Positions 35,200 to 44,804 of a DNA stretch of 64,000 nucleotides are shown here, piece by piece. The notes under the pieces are model-generated. The model saw only the letters and a program-made list of their open reading frames with translations, had not been told where the DNA came from and made no database searches. The position numbers and the translations under genes were made by a program. This DNA is from Escherichia phage sutha. Each line of letters starts with the position of its first letter. The first letter of the stretch is position 1. The stretch lies in the sequence record PV245934.1; one strand, written 5' to 3'.

Positions 35200-36138
35200 T
35201 TATTTAAATTGTTCAGTAACGTCTTCAACTACTTCGTATTGGCAGGTACGCATTTTAGCATCGTTGTAATCAATCGGAATTGATACTACATCACGCGGAT
35301 GTACTTTAACTTTTACAACTCGGCTGGTTGAACTGCCAAAGTGACGAATATAAGATTTAGAACACACATGCAGACCATGAGAACAAGTTTGTGTATCATC
35401 GTCATTCACACGAGTACGTGGCATTTTAACTACTTTACCCGGACTGTTATCAAAGGTGTTTGAGTGACAGTCAAAGTAATTGCTACGAACTACTTTCCAA
35501 GCATAGAAGTAACCATCTTCTGTAATTTCAATATCGTTTGCTACCAAGAAATCAAAGAGTCGAGATACCGCTTTTTGGCTTGGGTTTTCCAACAGATTTT
35601 CCAAGAACGGAAAATAAAATTCAAAGTTTTCGCCTTTTTCCATCGAGTCAAGAATACGATCAACCAAACCAGACCGCAATTCAATATTTTGATAGAACAA
35701 GCTTCCACCTTCAATTCGAACATCGCCGGAAATATATTTTTCAACAGCGCGACGAACATTAATTTTTTGTGCCGCTTCTTCCAACTTATCCGCTACAAGC
35801 AGATTAAGAATTTCCTGGAAGTTTGAATGAGTATTAGGAGTTGCGTTATAAGTTACACCGTCAACAGTAATTGAAATGAATTTTTTAGATGCATTCCAAA
35901 TAATGTCAGATTTAGCAACTGGAGCAATAACTGCATCGCTATTAACTTTAACTGTAATATCACCGCTAATAGTAACTTTAGGGCGTTTAGCTTCTTCAGC
36001 ATTTTTCAAAACACGACGGATTGTGTCAACCGATACATCCTTCCAATAAGCTAATTCCTGCTGAGTGTAATTACCACTTGAATACAGTTTAACAATTTCA
36101 GCTTGTTCGTTTTTGGTCAGGCATTTAATATTGTACAT
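35200..36138 (-). CDS. rIIB: rIIB protein
   Basis: 312 aa, MYNIKCLTKNEQAEIVKLYSSGNYTQQELAYWKD... Confidence 0.9.
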   Translation of the reverse strand: MYNIKCLTKNEQAEIVKLYSSGNYTQQELAYWKDVSVDTIRRVLKNAEEAKRPKVTISGDITVKVNSDAVIAPVAKSDIIWNASKKFISITVDGVTYNATPNTHSNFQEILNLLVADKLEEAAQKINVRRAVEKYISGDVRIEGGSLFYQNIELRSGLVDRILDSMEKGENFEFYFPFLENLLENPSQKAVSRLFDFLVANDIEITEDGYFYAWKVVRSNYFDCHSNTFDNSPGKVVKMPRTRVNDDDTQTCSHGLHVCSKSYIRHFGSSTSRVVKVKVHPRDVVSIPIDYNDAKMRTCQYEVVEDVTEQFK

Positions 36139-36149
36139 AATTTTCCTTA

Positions 36150-38327
36150 TTAGGCCGCAAGGGCCTTCATAGTTTTAGCGATTTGAGAAACTTCATCATC
36201 ACTTAAAGAGTTGCGATATCCGATGAAGTCGGAAACAATACGGAATTTCTTGGTAAACTCAGCAACCATTTTATCACTGTTTTTTGAAGCATTATTTGAT
36301 AATACATCAAAAAGATTAGTTACTGTCCAGATGTCATGACCGATGGTATCTCTTCCACCATTAAAATATACACCCTGTAATGAACTAACCATATTAGCAA
36401 GTCGTGTATATTCTTCAGAAACTTCATCTACACTGAAGTACTTCATCATAAAATCTAACTCAGGATACTTGATAATTTTATCAATATATCGTTTAGCTGA
36501 ACTTGAATAACCTACATACTTATCATAATCTACATCATCAAAAGCATCTACATATAAATCACGCAAAGCTTCAAAAATACATTGGCACTGACCGAGTTCT
36601 TTTACCTTTTTCTGTAAAAGCGGACGAATAACATAAAATTCATTAATGCCAATAAGATTAGCCATACGAATCAAAATATTCATAGATGGATGACAGAGAG
36701 ATGTAGTACCATCCATAGAGAAAATATCAGAACGATGCATATACGCTACATAACCAGTAATTTCATCTGCTTCTGATGTGAGCGTAAATAATTCCTCTTT
36801 TTCCCACCGCCCGTCTTTAATTTCAAACTTAAATGCTGTAGCAGCTTTAGGACGAGGAGCTTTACTTTTAATTACCTTTGGAATATAGCTTTTAACTAAA
36901 GCTTCAATTTCTGACAAATAATGAATGTTAACTTCATCACTTTCAAACATTGCCATAATATCAGGAAGTAAATCAATCTGTGATTCTACTTCTGGATTAA
37001 TAAACAGAAGACGTTCGTTATGATGAATATTCAGAGTGTTATTAAATTCACTATCATCTAATGCACGTGCTAATCCACGGACAATATTAACACGATTTTT
37101 AATATTATCAATAACGATATTAATTTTTGTTGTATTAATACCAAACAGACGATAACTTGATGCAATGGCTGAAGTTTCATGACTTTGCTTAATGCGCTTC
37201 AGTCGAGGGTCAAGATTTACTTCATACACAACCCCTGCATTACATAACTTACTATCAGGTTCAAACATGCTCTGCATCTTTTTATATGACAGATTTTTAG
37301 TCGTGAATTTGACTGAATTACTAATCATATAATCTCGAGCAGAATATCCCATCTTCATTAATTCGCGATATGTATGACGAGGAGATGTAGATTCTTTAAA
37401 TCGTTTTACATCTTCATTAAATGCTTTCTCACTGAGTTCTTTAACTCGTTCAATAATATTTTTACGAGTACGATCATCCAATGAAAGAGCCTCACGAGAT
37501 GGAGCAATATCAAGTGAACCCATTGGAAACTTAATGTAATTCACTTCATTACGGATGCTTAGCCAGTTACGGTCTCTAATAACACCATCGATAGGATAAA
37601 CAATACCGCCATAGATAGCATATAATCCACCGCGATCAGGCCAGTATCTTTCTGGATTTACACCGTAATAGTCATCAAAATCCGGAAAATAATCAATTTC
37701 GCGGTCAAGACCATTAATGATAGCCAAATCTTTAAATGGTCGCATGATATAAGAAACTTCATAAGCAAAGTTTCTAAAGTCTTTTTCTTCAACTGGAACT
37801 ACGATTTCAATACCAGTTTTATCATTTGGACCCATTTCTTTTACGAATGTAGGTTTAATCTGCGGACCGTCACCATCCATGTAAGCTACATAACCACGAA
37901 TTTCACCTTTATGATACGAAGTAATACTAAACGTATCAGTATAACTAAATGGAGATTTAGAACCTAAACCAAATCCACCAATGAAATCATTAGATTCAGC
38001 CTTAGATGAACTGAAGTATGAATTATACAAACCAGGAGAATTATCATCACCCTGAATATCAAAATCACTCATACCGGGACCAAAATCTCGGCAAACAAAT
38101 CGTGGATCTAAACGTCCAGGAACTTGAATGATAAATTTTTCAGGATTTCCATTAAGAGCATGGGCATCAATCATGTTAGTAATCAATTCACGGACTACTG
38201 CGCGAATCTTGTTTGTATACAAATCAGATGACAGAATTTTAAATACTTTAGGATTTGCTGCGATGCTAAATGCTTTTGATTTAGAACCATTACCAAGAAT
38301 TGTTTCTTTTTCAGTGGTGATAATCAT
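36150..38327 (-). CDS. rIIA: rIIA protein (GHKL-type ATPase fold)
   Basis: 725 aa, [56 protein letters not shown]... Confidence 0.9.
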   Translation of the reverse strand: MIITTEKETILGNGSKSKAFSIAANPKVFKILSSDLYTNKIRAVVRELITNMIDAHALNGNPEKFIIQVPGRLDPRFVCRDFGPGMSDFDIQGDDNSPGLYNSYFSSSKAESNDFIGGFGLGSKSPFSYTDTFSITSYHKGEIRGYVAYMDGDGPQIKPTFVKEMGPNDKTGIEIVVPVEEKDFRNFAYEVSYIMRPFKDLAIINGLDREIDYFPDFDDYYGVNPERYWPDRGGLYAIYGGIVYPIDGVIRDRNWLSIRNEVNYIKFPMGSLDIAPSREALSLDDRTRKNIIERVKELSEKAFNEDVKRFKESTSPRHTYRELMKMGYSARDYMISNSVKFTTKNLSYKKMQSMFEPDSKLCNAGVVYEVNLDPRLKRIKQSHETSAIASSYRLFGINTTKINIVIDNIKNRVNIVRGLARALDDSEFNNTLNIHHNERLLFINPEVESQIDLLPDIMAMFESDEVNIHYLSEIEALVKSYIPKVIKSKAPRPKAATAFKFEIKDGRWEKEELFTLTSEADEITGYVAYMHRSDIFSMDGTTSLCHPSMNILIRMANLIGINEFYVIRPLLQKKVKELGQCQCIFEALRDLYVDAFDDVDYDKYVGYSSSAKRYIDKIIKYPELDFMMKYFSVDEVSEEYTRLANMVSSLQGVYFNGGRDTIGHDIWTVTNLFDVLSNNASKNSDKMVAEFTKKFRIVSDFIGYRNSLSDDEVSQIAKTMKALAA

Positions 38328-38337
38328 AATTTCCTCA

Positions 38338-38541
38338 TTAATTCATATTACGCTTAATAACTTCAGCAACTTCTAGTAGTTCATCTTTAGTTGCAGTGTC
38401 GGATTGAATTTTATCTCTAATATCTTTAAAGCGGTTTTTAAACTCTTCGGCTTCTCCCATATCGAAAAAGCGTTGAATGATTCTATATTCTCGATGAACT
38501 GCTTTATCAAAAAGTTCTAAATTTACTTTATATGATTTCAT
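38338..38541 (-). CDS. hypothetical protein (67 aa), rIIA.1 position
   Basis: ORF track. Confidence 0.45.
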   Translation of the reverse strand: MKSYKVNLELFDKAVHREYRIIQRFFDMGEAEEFKNRFKDIRDKIQSDTATKDELLEVAEVIKRNMN

Positions 38542-38562
38542 TTCAATATCCTCATTTGCCCA

Positions 38563-38596
38563 ATTAATTATACCACATCCTTGTGGTAAAGTAAAC
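38563..38596 (-). promoter_or_regulatory. T4 early-type promoter
   Basis: rc GTTTAC at 38591-38596, TGGTATAAT -10. Confidence 0.55.
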
Positions 38597-40416
38597 TACT
38601 GGCTCATCCATTCTTTGCGAAGGTCAGCATTATCTCCCATGAGCATTTCAAAAAGCTCTTTCCAGTTCTCAGGAAGTTTAACAACATCATATACTGGATT
38701 TTGAATCATCTCACGATATTCAGATTTTTCCAACGAGCCAAGTCCCTTAATATAGCGGATGCTATGTTTAGGTAGAGCATCTTTGGCACTCTCATATTCA
38801 GCGACTGTATAAAACCATTCTTGTTTTTTACCGACCTGAGCGATGATTACAGGAGTTTTGACAAAGCGAATTCGTCCTTGCTCAAACAATTCTGGCCAAT
38901 TACTAAAAAATCCGAGCAGAGAAGGATAAATGCTTCCTAGACCATCATGGTCAGCATCAGTCATAATAGCAATATTATGATAATTCAAGTTTTCAGCTTT
39001 TTCACCAAGAACTAATCCAGTGATTGCGCAAATATCAAATAGTTCTTTGTTTTTAAGCATATCTGCATAAGACATACCCCAACTATTGAGAACTTTACCG
39101 CGTAATGGATAACCACCGTGAAGTTCTTTATCACGAACATCAATAAGATATCCGATAGCAGAATCACCCTCAGTCAAGAAAAGAGTAGTGTCAGCATCTT
39201 TACCACAAAGATTCGCTTTGATATGTTTATGAACCTTAGCTTTAGAAGCCTTTTTAGCTGCTTTAGTTTCTGCTGCTTTTTCTGCCGCCAATTTACGAGC
39301 CAAAGCAGCTTCAATAATCGGCATTAGAATTGCTTCATTATTTAGAATAGCACGTGAAATCTTTTTAGCATCAAGTTGAATATGACTACGAATTTCACCA
39401 AAAGGAGAAGTAAGTCGTTCTTTAGTTTGAGAATCAAATCGCATGTTTTTCATATCACGAACAAACATAACGATAGTCAAACATTCTTTAACGCGTGCTT
39501 TAGTTACATCAATTTTGAACTTACGTTTGATTTGTGGAATAAGGTCTTCACAAATATCATCCATCACACAGTCAATGTGATGGCCACCATTCTTAGTGTG
39601 AATGTTATTGACGTATGTTAATTGACGAAATCCATCCGGTGAACGACCAACCGCAATAGAACAATTTTCTTGTTCTTGAACAATAGCATGCTCATCATAT
39701 TGGCGTGCATATTTCTTAAAATTGCCCTGAACCTTTTTACCATTAAAGGTAAATTGAATATCAGGATAAACAACAGCAAGTGTCTGGAGACGATCTAGTG
39801 TAATGTCAAGATAAACCTGAGATAGCTCATTAGTTTCAAATGACATAAAATCAGGAATGAAAGTAACACGGGTTCCTTTCCATTTTCCAGGAATATCTTC
39901 CCATGATTTATTTTCCATGCCATTTGAACAACGAACTACAATATTATTTTGACCATCGCCAGTTTCACCGACAAACATCACAGAAAAAATGTTTGTCAAA
40001 CTAGAACCAACACCATTCATACCGCCAGTGACGCGTTCTTTATCATCACCGAAGTTACCACCTGCTTTTGGAATAGTCCATGCAGCAACAGGACCAGGAA
40101 TTTCTTCACCGGTAGGTGTTTTAACCATCGCCTGTGGAATACCGCGACCGTTATCTTCAACTGTTACTTGATTGTTTTTAATAGTAACATTAATTTTATT
40201 TGCGAATTTAAACTTAGTACGAATACCTTCATCTACTGAGTTATCGATAATTTCATCAATAAGCTTAACAAGACCAGGTACATACTGAACACTTTCCCAT
40301 TTACCAAACAGAAAGCGCTCATGCATTTCATTAGCTGAAGAGCCAATGTACATGCCGCTACGCTTTTTGATATGTTCAATATCGCTCAGAATTTTAATTT
40401 CATTCTTAATCATCAC
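38596..40416 (-). CDS. 39: DNA topoisomerase II large subunit gp39 (GyrB-like ATPase), unsplit
   Basis: 606 aa contiguous ORF; GHKL ATPase and TOPRIM motifs. Confidence 0.9.
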   Translation of the reverse strand: MMIKNEIKILSDIEHIKKRSGMYIGSSANEMHERFLFGKWESVQYVPGLVKLIDEIIDNSVDEGIRTKFKFANKINVTIKNNQVTVEDNGRGIPQAMVKTPTGEEIPGPVAAWTIPKAGGNFGDDKERVTGGMNGVGSSLTNIFSVMFVGETGDGQNNIVVRCSNGMENKSWEDIPGKWKGTRVTFIPDFMSFETNELSQVYLDITLDRLQTLAVVYPDIQFTFNGKKVQGNFKKYARQYDEHAIVQEQENCSIAVGRSPDGFRQLTYVNNIHTKNGGHHIDCVMDDICEDLIPQIKRKFKIDVTKARVKECLTIVMFVRDMKNMRFDSQTKERLTSPFGEIRSHIQLDAKKISRAILNNEAILMPIIEAALARKLAAEKAAETKAAKKASKAKVHKHIKANLCGKDADTTLFLTEGDSAIGYLIDVRDKELHGGYPLRGKVLNSWGMSYADMLKNKELFDICAITGLVLGEKAENLNYHNIAIMTDADHDGLGSIYPSLLGFFSNWPELFEQGRIRFVKTPVIIAQVGKKQEWFYTVAEYESAKDALPKHSIRYIKGLGSLEKSEYREMIQNPVYDVVKLPENWKELFEMLMGDNADLRKEWMSQ

Positions 40417-40482
40417 TTATCCTCGTTTGGTTTCGGGAATATTATACTCCGGTAATCATAAAGCTAAAGGCCCGAAGGCCTT

Positions 40483-40743
40483 TTATTTAAAACGGATAGT
40501 CGAATCCTTGAAGAATAGACCAGAACATACTGTTCCTTCTACTTTCTGCCCAGTAGGTCCAATAGCACGAAATCCAGTATGCTGGAAATCATTTTCAGAG
40601 CAACCGAACCAATTATATCCAGTGATTTCAATATTAGTAAAACCACTTGAAGACAAAACTTTAGTTGCATTATCAGCATCAGTACATCCTACTAAAGACA
40701 CTGCTAATACTAATGCTGCGATAGAACGATTAATATATTTCAT
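40483..40743 (-). CDS. putative lipoprotein (86 aa)
   Basis: Signal peptide with lipobox SLVGC. Confidence 0.5.
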   Translation of the reverse strand: MKYINRSIAALVLAVSLVGCTDADNATKVLSSSGFTNIEITGYNWFGCSENDFQHTGFRAIGPTGQKVEGTVCSGLFFKDSTIRFK

Positions 40744-40745
40744 AA

Positions 40746-40922
40746 TTACCCTTTAAGCAAGTCGTAAAATCCACCATTCACATGCTTAGGAGCGGAAACT
40801 AACCGAATAGCAATCCGATGACAATCAGGACATACATCAGTATCCCTTTCAGAAATTTTCTTGATTTTTTCGTATTCTTTTGCACAGTCTTTGGATTGAC
40901 ATTTATAATCATAAAGAGGCAT
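40746..40922 (-). CDS. small Zn-ribbon protein (58 aa), FmdB-like
   Basis: MPLYDYKCQSKDCAKEYE...DVCPDCHRIAIRLVSAPKH: CxxxC...CxxC pattern; below ORF-track cutoff. Confidence 0.45.
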   Translation of the reverse strand: MPLYDYKCQSKDCAKEYEKIKKISERDTDVCPDCHRIAIRLVSAPKHVNGGFYDLLKG

Positions 40923-40924
40923 AA

Positions 40925-41344
40925 TTATTCCTTAAAGTGAGCTTTCAACATCTGATACAAGGACCATGCTTGTTCATTATTTTCAATAGTAACTTTCATT
41001 ACCGGGAATTCTGTGAAATCTTCTATTTGTTCTTGCTCTTCCTGCTCTTGTTCTTCAGCAGCCTGATATGGATTTTCAACTTCATCAAAGAACCCAGCTT
41101 CGTTAGTAGAAAGCCAGATAAAGTTTTCGCCAAGGATATCACCATATGTTGAATATCCAACTGTGCCAGTAGATGTCACAATTTTAGTAGGACGCCCGTA
41201 ATAGTCAACATCTAAAATTTTAAAAGGTTCCATACCTAAACGGCGTGCATAGATTCCGTTATAAGTATGGTCTTTAATAAAAGCTTCTTGGGCTTGTTTA
41301 TTTTTAAATTGATACCATTTATTAACTTCAAATTTAATAGCCAT
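40925..41344 (-). CDS. hypothetical protein (139 aa) with acidic Glu/Gln-rich segment
   Basis: ORF track; could correspond to T4 goF by position, unverified. Confidence 0.4.
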   Translation of the reverse strand: MAIKFEVNKWYQFKNKQAQEAFIKDHTYNGIYARRLGMEPFKILDVDYYGRPTKIVTSTGTVGYSTYGDILGENFIWLSTNEAGFFDEVENPYQAAEEQEQEEQEQIEDFTEFPVMKVTIENNEQAWSLYQMLKAHFKE

Positions 41345-41559
41345 TAATAAATTTCCTTCCAGTAAGTTGTGCCGTCTTCAGTAATTTCACGAAATACACC
41401 GTAAATTGGCTGTTTATCACCGACTTTCTCATACACATAAACAGAAGTCAAGTGAGTAAACTTGCTAGTATGTTCCTTTTGAACTACTACCAAATTTGGA
41501 TCAAATAATACATCTTCAAATTCATCATTAGTGCAATTCTGAACAATTTTACGTTTCAT
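41344..41559 (-). CDS. hypothetical protein (71 aa)
   Basis: ORF track; size and position resemble T4 cef, unverified. Confidence 0.4.
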   Translation of the reverse strand: MKRKIVQNCTNDEFEDVLFDPNLVVVQKEHTSKFTHLTSVYVYEKVGDKQPIYGVFREITEDGTTYWKEIY

Positions 41560-41572
41560 TACAATTTCCTCA

Positions 41573-41854
41573 TTAATTGAACAGTGTAGCGATGCGTTTC
41601 AGAAGAGTGGCAGCACCTTTGGCGAATTTTACATCATGAAAAACAGTTTCTTCTTCCGTTACAGCACGAGCTTTAATGTTTTCACAACCCCAATTTTTAC
41701 GAACAATCTTCAAAAGCTGCAGTAAATCTTTACATTCTGCAATATCGATAACACATCCACGAGAATCTTCCATTATCGCACGATAACCGTAAGCCATACC
41801 ATAATCGTTGAAAGATTGTTCGATGATAATTAAGTTTTCCATTTTATTCTCCAA
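41573..41854 (-). CDS. hypothetical protein (93 aa)
   Basis: ORF track. Confidence 0.4.
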   Translation of the reverse strand: MENKMENLIIIEQSFNDYGMAYGYRAIMEDSRGCVIDIAECKDLLQLLKIVRKNWGCENIKARAVTEEETVFHDVKFAKGAATLLKRIATLFN

Positions 41855-41879
41855 GTTGTTTTCTGTATCAGTAGTTGAT

Positions 41880-41925
41880 ATTGATATAGTACCATAATCA
41901 ACTACCGATGTATATAGTTTTATGA
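41880..41925 (-). promoter_or_regulatory. early-promoter-like cassette (variant copy of the conserved family)
   Basis: rc TGGTACTATATCAATATCAACTACTGATACAG shares the -10/leader block but -35 region differs. Confidence 0.4.
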
Positions 41926-41939
41926 AAAAATTTTAAACT

Positions 41940-42437
41940 TTATGCATAGCGGGCTTTGCTATAGTGTTTAATCCAACTTTCAGGAATGACTTTGTATGTT
42001 CCTAAAAATACCGCGTTGTACAACTTAACGCCATCTTCTACCCACTGATCGGTAATGTATGCACACATAGCGCGAGTACGGTGTTTTTGAACAACCCCTT
42101 CCTCATCTTCAGTAAATTCGAATTCATAAGGAGCAACGAACTTAATAGCTTGACCGAGTTTCCACTTAAAGTCTACGCCTACGTGCGAAGTATCAATCGT
42201 TTCAATTCCTTTAGCAGGAACAGCTTTCAAAAACGCAGACTCAAGAAATTTCGCACGAACATAGCCAAACTGAGGTTTAGACTTTCCATCTTTAGGAATG
42301 ATACGCACTTTTACTTCAGAATCTTCATCTTTAACGCCGTGTTTAAGCTGAATGCTTACAATTTCGACCAATTTTCCTGCTGCTTTAGAACGGGATTTAT
42401 CAGATACACGAGCAATTTCACCAATATTAATAATCAT
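41940..42437 (-). CDS. hypothetical protein (165 aa); motB-region protein, paralogous C-terminal domain
   Basis: C-terminus CAYITDQWVEDGVKLYNAVFLGTYKVIPESW similar to next ORF. Confidence 0.45.
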   Translation of the reverse strand: MIINIGEIARVSDKSRSKAAGKLVEIVSIQLKHGVKDEDSEVKVRIIPKDGKSKPQFGYVRAKFLESAFLKAVPAKGIETIDTSHVGVDFKWKLGQAIKFVAPYEFEFTEDEEGVVQKHRTRAMCAYITDQWVEDGVKLYNAVFLGTYKVIPESWIKHYSKARYA

Positions 42438-42477
42438 AGTTATCTCTCACTTGTTAAAAAGATTTTATACTCCACAG

Positions 42478-42511
42478 GACCATTATACTCTGGTCCCAAG
42501 AGTTTGTAAAC
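42478..42511 (-). promoter_or_regulatory. T4 early-type promoter
   Basis: rc GTTTAC at 42506-42511 then GAGTATAATGG. Confidence 0.5.
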
Positions 42512-42513
42512 TA

Positions 42514-43053
42514 TTAATTCAAAATAGCTACCACTGCACTACGAGGTACTACACTAAAATCACCTGCATGAACAACGTTCAGAAGTTCAACACCATCTTC
42601 AATCCACTGGTCTGTTACCCAACCACAGACCGAAATAAATGGGGTCTTGATAGCTACAGCACGAGTTAGAAGGTCAGTAGGATCGCATTCTTGGAAGAGG
42701 ATAAGCTCTGCTTCAAAGACTATAGTTTTAATTACTTCATCATTATCTAAGCGTTGTGCTCGAATCACATAAGCTTTATTCTTATCATGCCAATTACTTT
42801 TTGAAAAACTTTTAACCACAAACTCGCCTTCACCCAAAACACTGGTCAATGCTTTATAACCCAAACTTAGTTCAGTAGTTTTAATTTCAGTTTCAACCAG
42901 TTTGTAGGTTTTGCCGATTTCAATAGCGGTAGTCATAGTAGGTTCCTTAATTTCCAGTGGTTTAACAGGGCATACATAAGTGCTTACAACATCAAAATCA
43001 ATCAGTTTAGCTACCGGATTTGGAGTGTATTCAGGATTATAATTAAATTTCAT
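42514..43053 (-). CDS. hypothetical protein (179 aa), paralogue of preceding gene in C-terminal domain
   Basis: C-terminus CGWVTDQWIEDGVELLNVVHAGDFSVVPRSA. Confidence 0.45.
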   Translation of the reverse strand: MKFNYNPEYTPNPVAKLIDFDVVSTYVCPVKPLEIKEPTMTTAIEIGKTYKLVETEIKTTELSLGYKALTSVLGEGEFVVKSFSKSNWHDKNKAYVIRAQRLDNDEVIKTIVFEAELILFQECDPTDLLTRAVAIKTPFISVCGWVTDQWIEDGVELLNVVHAGDFSVVPRSAVVAILN

Positions 43054-43055
43054 AA

Positions 43056-43595
43056 TTATCTCATTTCAATAAAATCTATAAGTTCAGCATGGGATTTACG
43101 GAACATTACTTGATGTCCGCCAATGATAACTTGGTCATCTGGCACTTCGTATACAGCAAGATAAAATCCTTTAGAAGATAATTCTTCACGCTCTTCTCGT
43201 GTGAACCATCTCATCATATCATATTCACTAGCGAAAGCAAAATGATAAAGAGCTATAAACCATCCTGGAATATGATATTCTACTCCAACATAATCTTTCT
43301 TGAACTTAGTATTAATTACTATATTAGCGTTTTTAACTAATAGTTTATCTTCATGTGGTACAGGAATTCTTTTATTATCATCGCTATGATGCATAAAATT
43401 AGGTCTACTATAACCTACACGTAATAGCCACTCTTCGCTCCATGAATCTATTATACTCCTGTACGGCGTTATTTGAACACAAAGATTTCGACGTATTGTT
43501 ATAGCATCTTCATAATCAAGAATACTAAACGATGATTCAACACGATAAATTTTCATTTTATTATCCTCAGTAGCTATGGTGTTATAATACCACAA
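43056..43595 (-). CDS. hypothetical protein (179 aa)
   Basis: ORF track. Confidence 0.4.
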   Translation of the reverse strand: MWYYNTIATEDNKMKIYRVESSFSILDYEDAITIRRNLCVQITPYRSIIDSWSEEWLLRVGYSRPNFMHHSDDNKRIPVPHEDKLLVKNANIVINTKFKKDYVGVEYHIPGWFIALYHFAFASEYDMMRWFTREEREELSSKGFYLAVYEVPDDQVIIGGHQVMFRKSHAELIDFIEMR

Positions 43596-43613
43596 CTAAC
43601 CGAGGAAGTAAAC
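43580..43613 (-). promoter_or_regulatory. T4 early-type promoter
   Basis: rc GTTTAC at 43608-43613, TGTGGTATTATAAC. Confidence 0.45.
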
Positions 43614-43619
43614 AACTTT

Positions 43620-44303
43620 TTATCGTTTTGTTGGAAGAGATAGAGGATCGCAATCTTCCTCTGATGGAGCATCTTCAAGACCCATAGCGTATCGCAAAGC
43701 ATACTTCATCATCAGGATGTCTTTCGCACAGTCATGAATAGAATTATGCGCAACAAATCCATCTAAAGTTCCCTTTGGAAGGGGACACGTTGTCATATCA
43801 CGAACAAGTAGAAGTGCTTCAATTCTGGTACGAATATCACGCTGATTCCAGAATTTACATGGTTCTAACTTAAATGTGTCAAGTTCATTCTCAGAAACAC
43901 CATTAAGACGTTGAATATCACGAATGAGATCGACTAAAATTGGAAAATCAAACGACATTCCACGGCACCAGCCTTGAGATTTCCAAGGATCGATATTATG
44001 TGCATTGATGTAATCATTAAATTTCGCAATACCGTCGATAGTGCTTACATCTTCATCGGACGGTGCAATATTTTTTCGAGCTTCAGGAGACTGATTTTTC
44101 CACCATTCGATAGTGCTTTTAGTAAAAAGACGATGTCCTTTTTGACTTTTTAAATCAAATTTGATTTTAATGCCGCGTGAAACTAATTCATCAAACGTTT
44201 CAACTACTTCTGGATTAGGGTCAAAGGCAATAACAGCCAAATCAATAACAGCTGCCTTTTCACCACTTCCCATTGTTTCAAAATCTATAATAAAATCAAA
44301 CAT
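43620..44303 (-). CDS. dexA: exonuclease A (DnaQ-like 3'-5' exonuclease)
   Basis: 227 aa, MFDFIIDFETMGSGEKAAVIDLAVIAF... Confidence 0.85.
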   Translation of the reverse strand: MFDFIIDFETMGSGEKAAVIDLAVIAFDPNPEVVETFDELVSRGIKIKFDLKSQKGHRLFTKSTIEWWKNQSPEARKNIAPSDEDVSTIDGIAKFNDYINAHNIDPWKSQGWCRGMSFDFPILVDLIRDIQRLNGVSENELDTFKLEPCKFWNQRDIRTRIEALLLVRDMTTCPLPKGTLDGFVAHNSIHDCAKDILMMKYALRYAMGLEDAPSEEDCDPLSLPTKR

Positions 44304-44545
44304 TAAATTTTCCTTGCTAAATCGCGAATTTGACCTACAGTATAATCTTGAATATAAACTTTATTAATAGGTTCATCAATAAATTTTGCCATAGATTCAA
44401 TATCTTTTTGTATTTCTTCAAGACTGTATACTATCTTTAAAGCTTTTTCGCGAATAGTAATATTTTCAGGACCCTGATTTTCTTCAATGACAGCTTTAAC
44501 ATTTGTCATAAGAGATTTAAACTGGTACCAACTCAATTCAATCAT
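44303..44545 (-). CDS. hypothetical protein (80 aa)
   Basis: ORF track. Confidence 0.4.
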   Translation of the reverse strand: MIELSWYQFKSLMTNVKAVIEENQGPENITIREKALKIVYSLEEIQKDIESMAKFIDEPINKVYIQDYTVGQIRDLARKI

Positions 44546-44798
44546 TAATAATCGCCTTATAAAGATAGCTAATTTCGCCTAAAACGTAATCATTGATTGT
44601 AACAGTTTTCACTTCACCACAAAAGAATTCTAACGCAATTAAATCTCGTTCAATTTCTTCTAATTGAAGCCTCAACTTACTAGATTCTATTTTTACAGTT
44701 TCACGATTTTTGCTATAAGCAATTTCATAAATTTCGCTTACTTTATCTTGAAGAAGATAAAACTGATCTTTAGTTATTTCCACGAATAGCTTCCTCAA
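44538..44798 (-). CDS. hypothetical protein (86 aa)
   Basis: ORF track. Confidence 0.4.
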   Translation of the reverse strand: MRKLFVEITKDQFYLLQDKVSEIYEIAYSKNRETVKIESSKLRLQLEEIERDLIALEFFCGEVKTVTINDYVLGEISYLYKAIIND

Positions 44799-44804
44799 AT
44801 TTAA

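Noticed and set aside
40452-40475. GC hairpin AAGGCC-CGAA-GGCCTT between gene 39 and the lipoprotein gene, as a plus-strand terminator
   Set aside because: The better U-tract is on the plus strand, where there is no gene to terminate; more likely an RNA processing or stability element of the minus-strand transcript; insufficient evidence to call direction.
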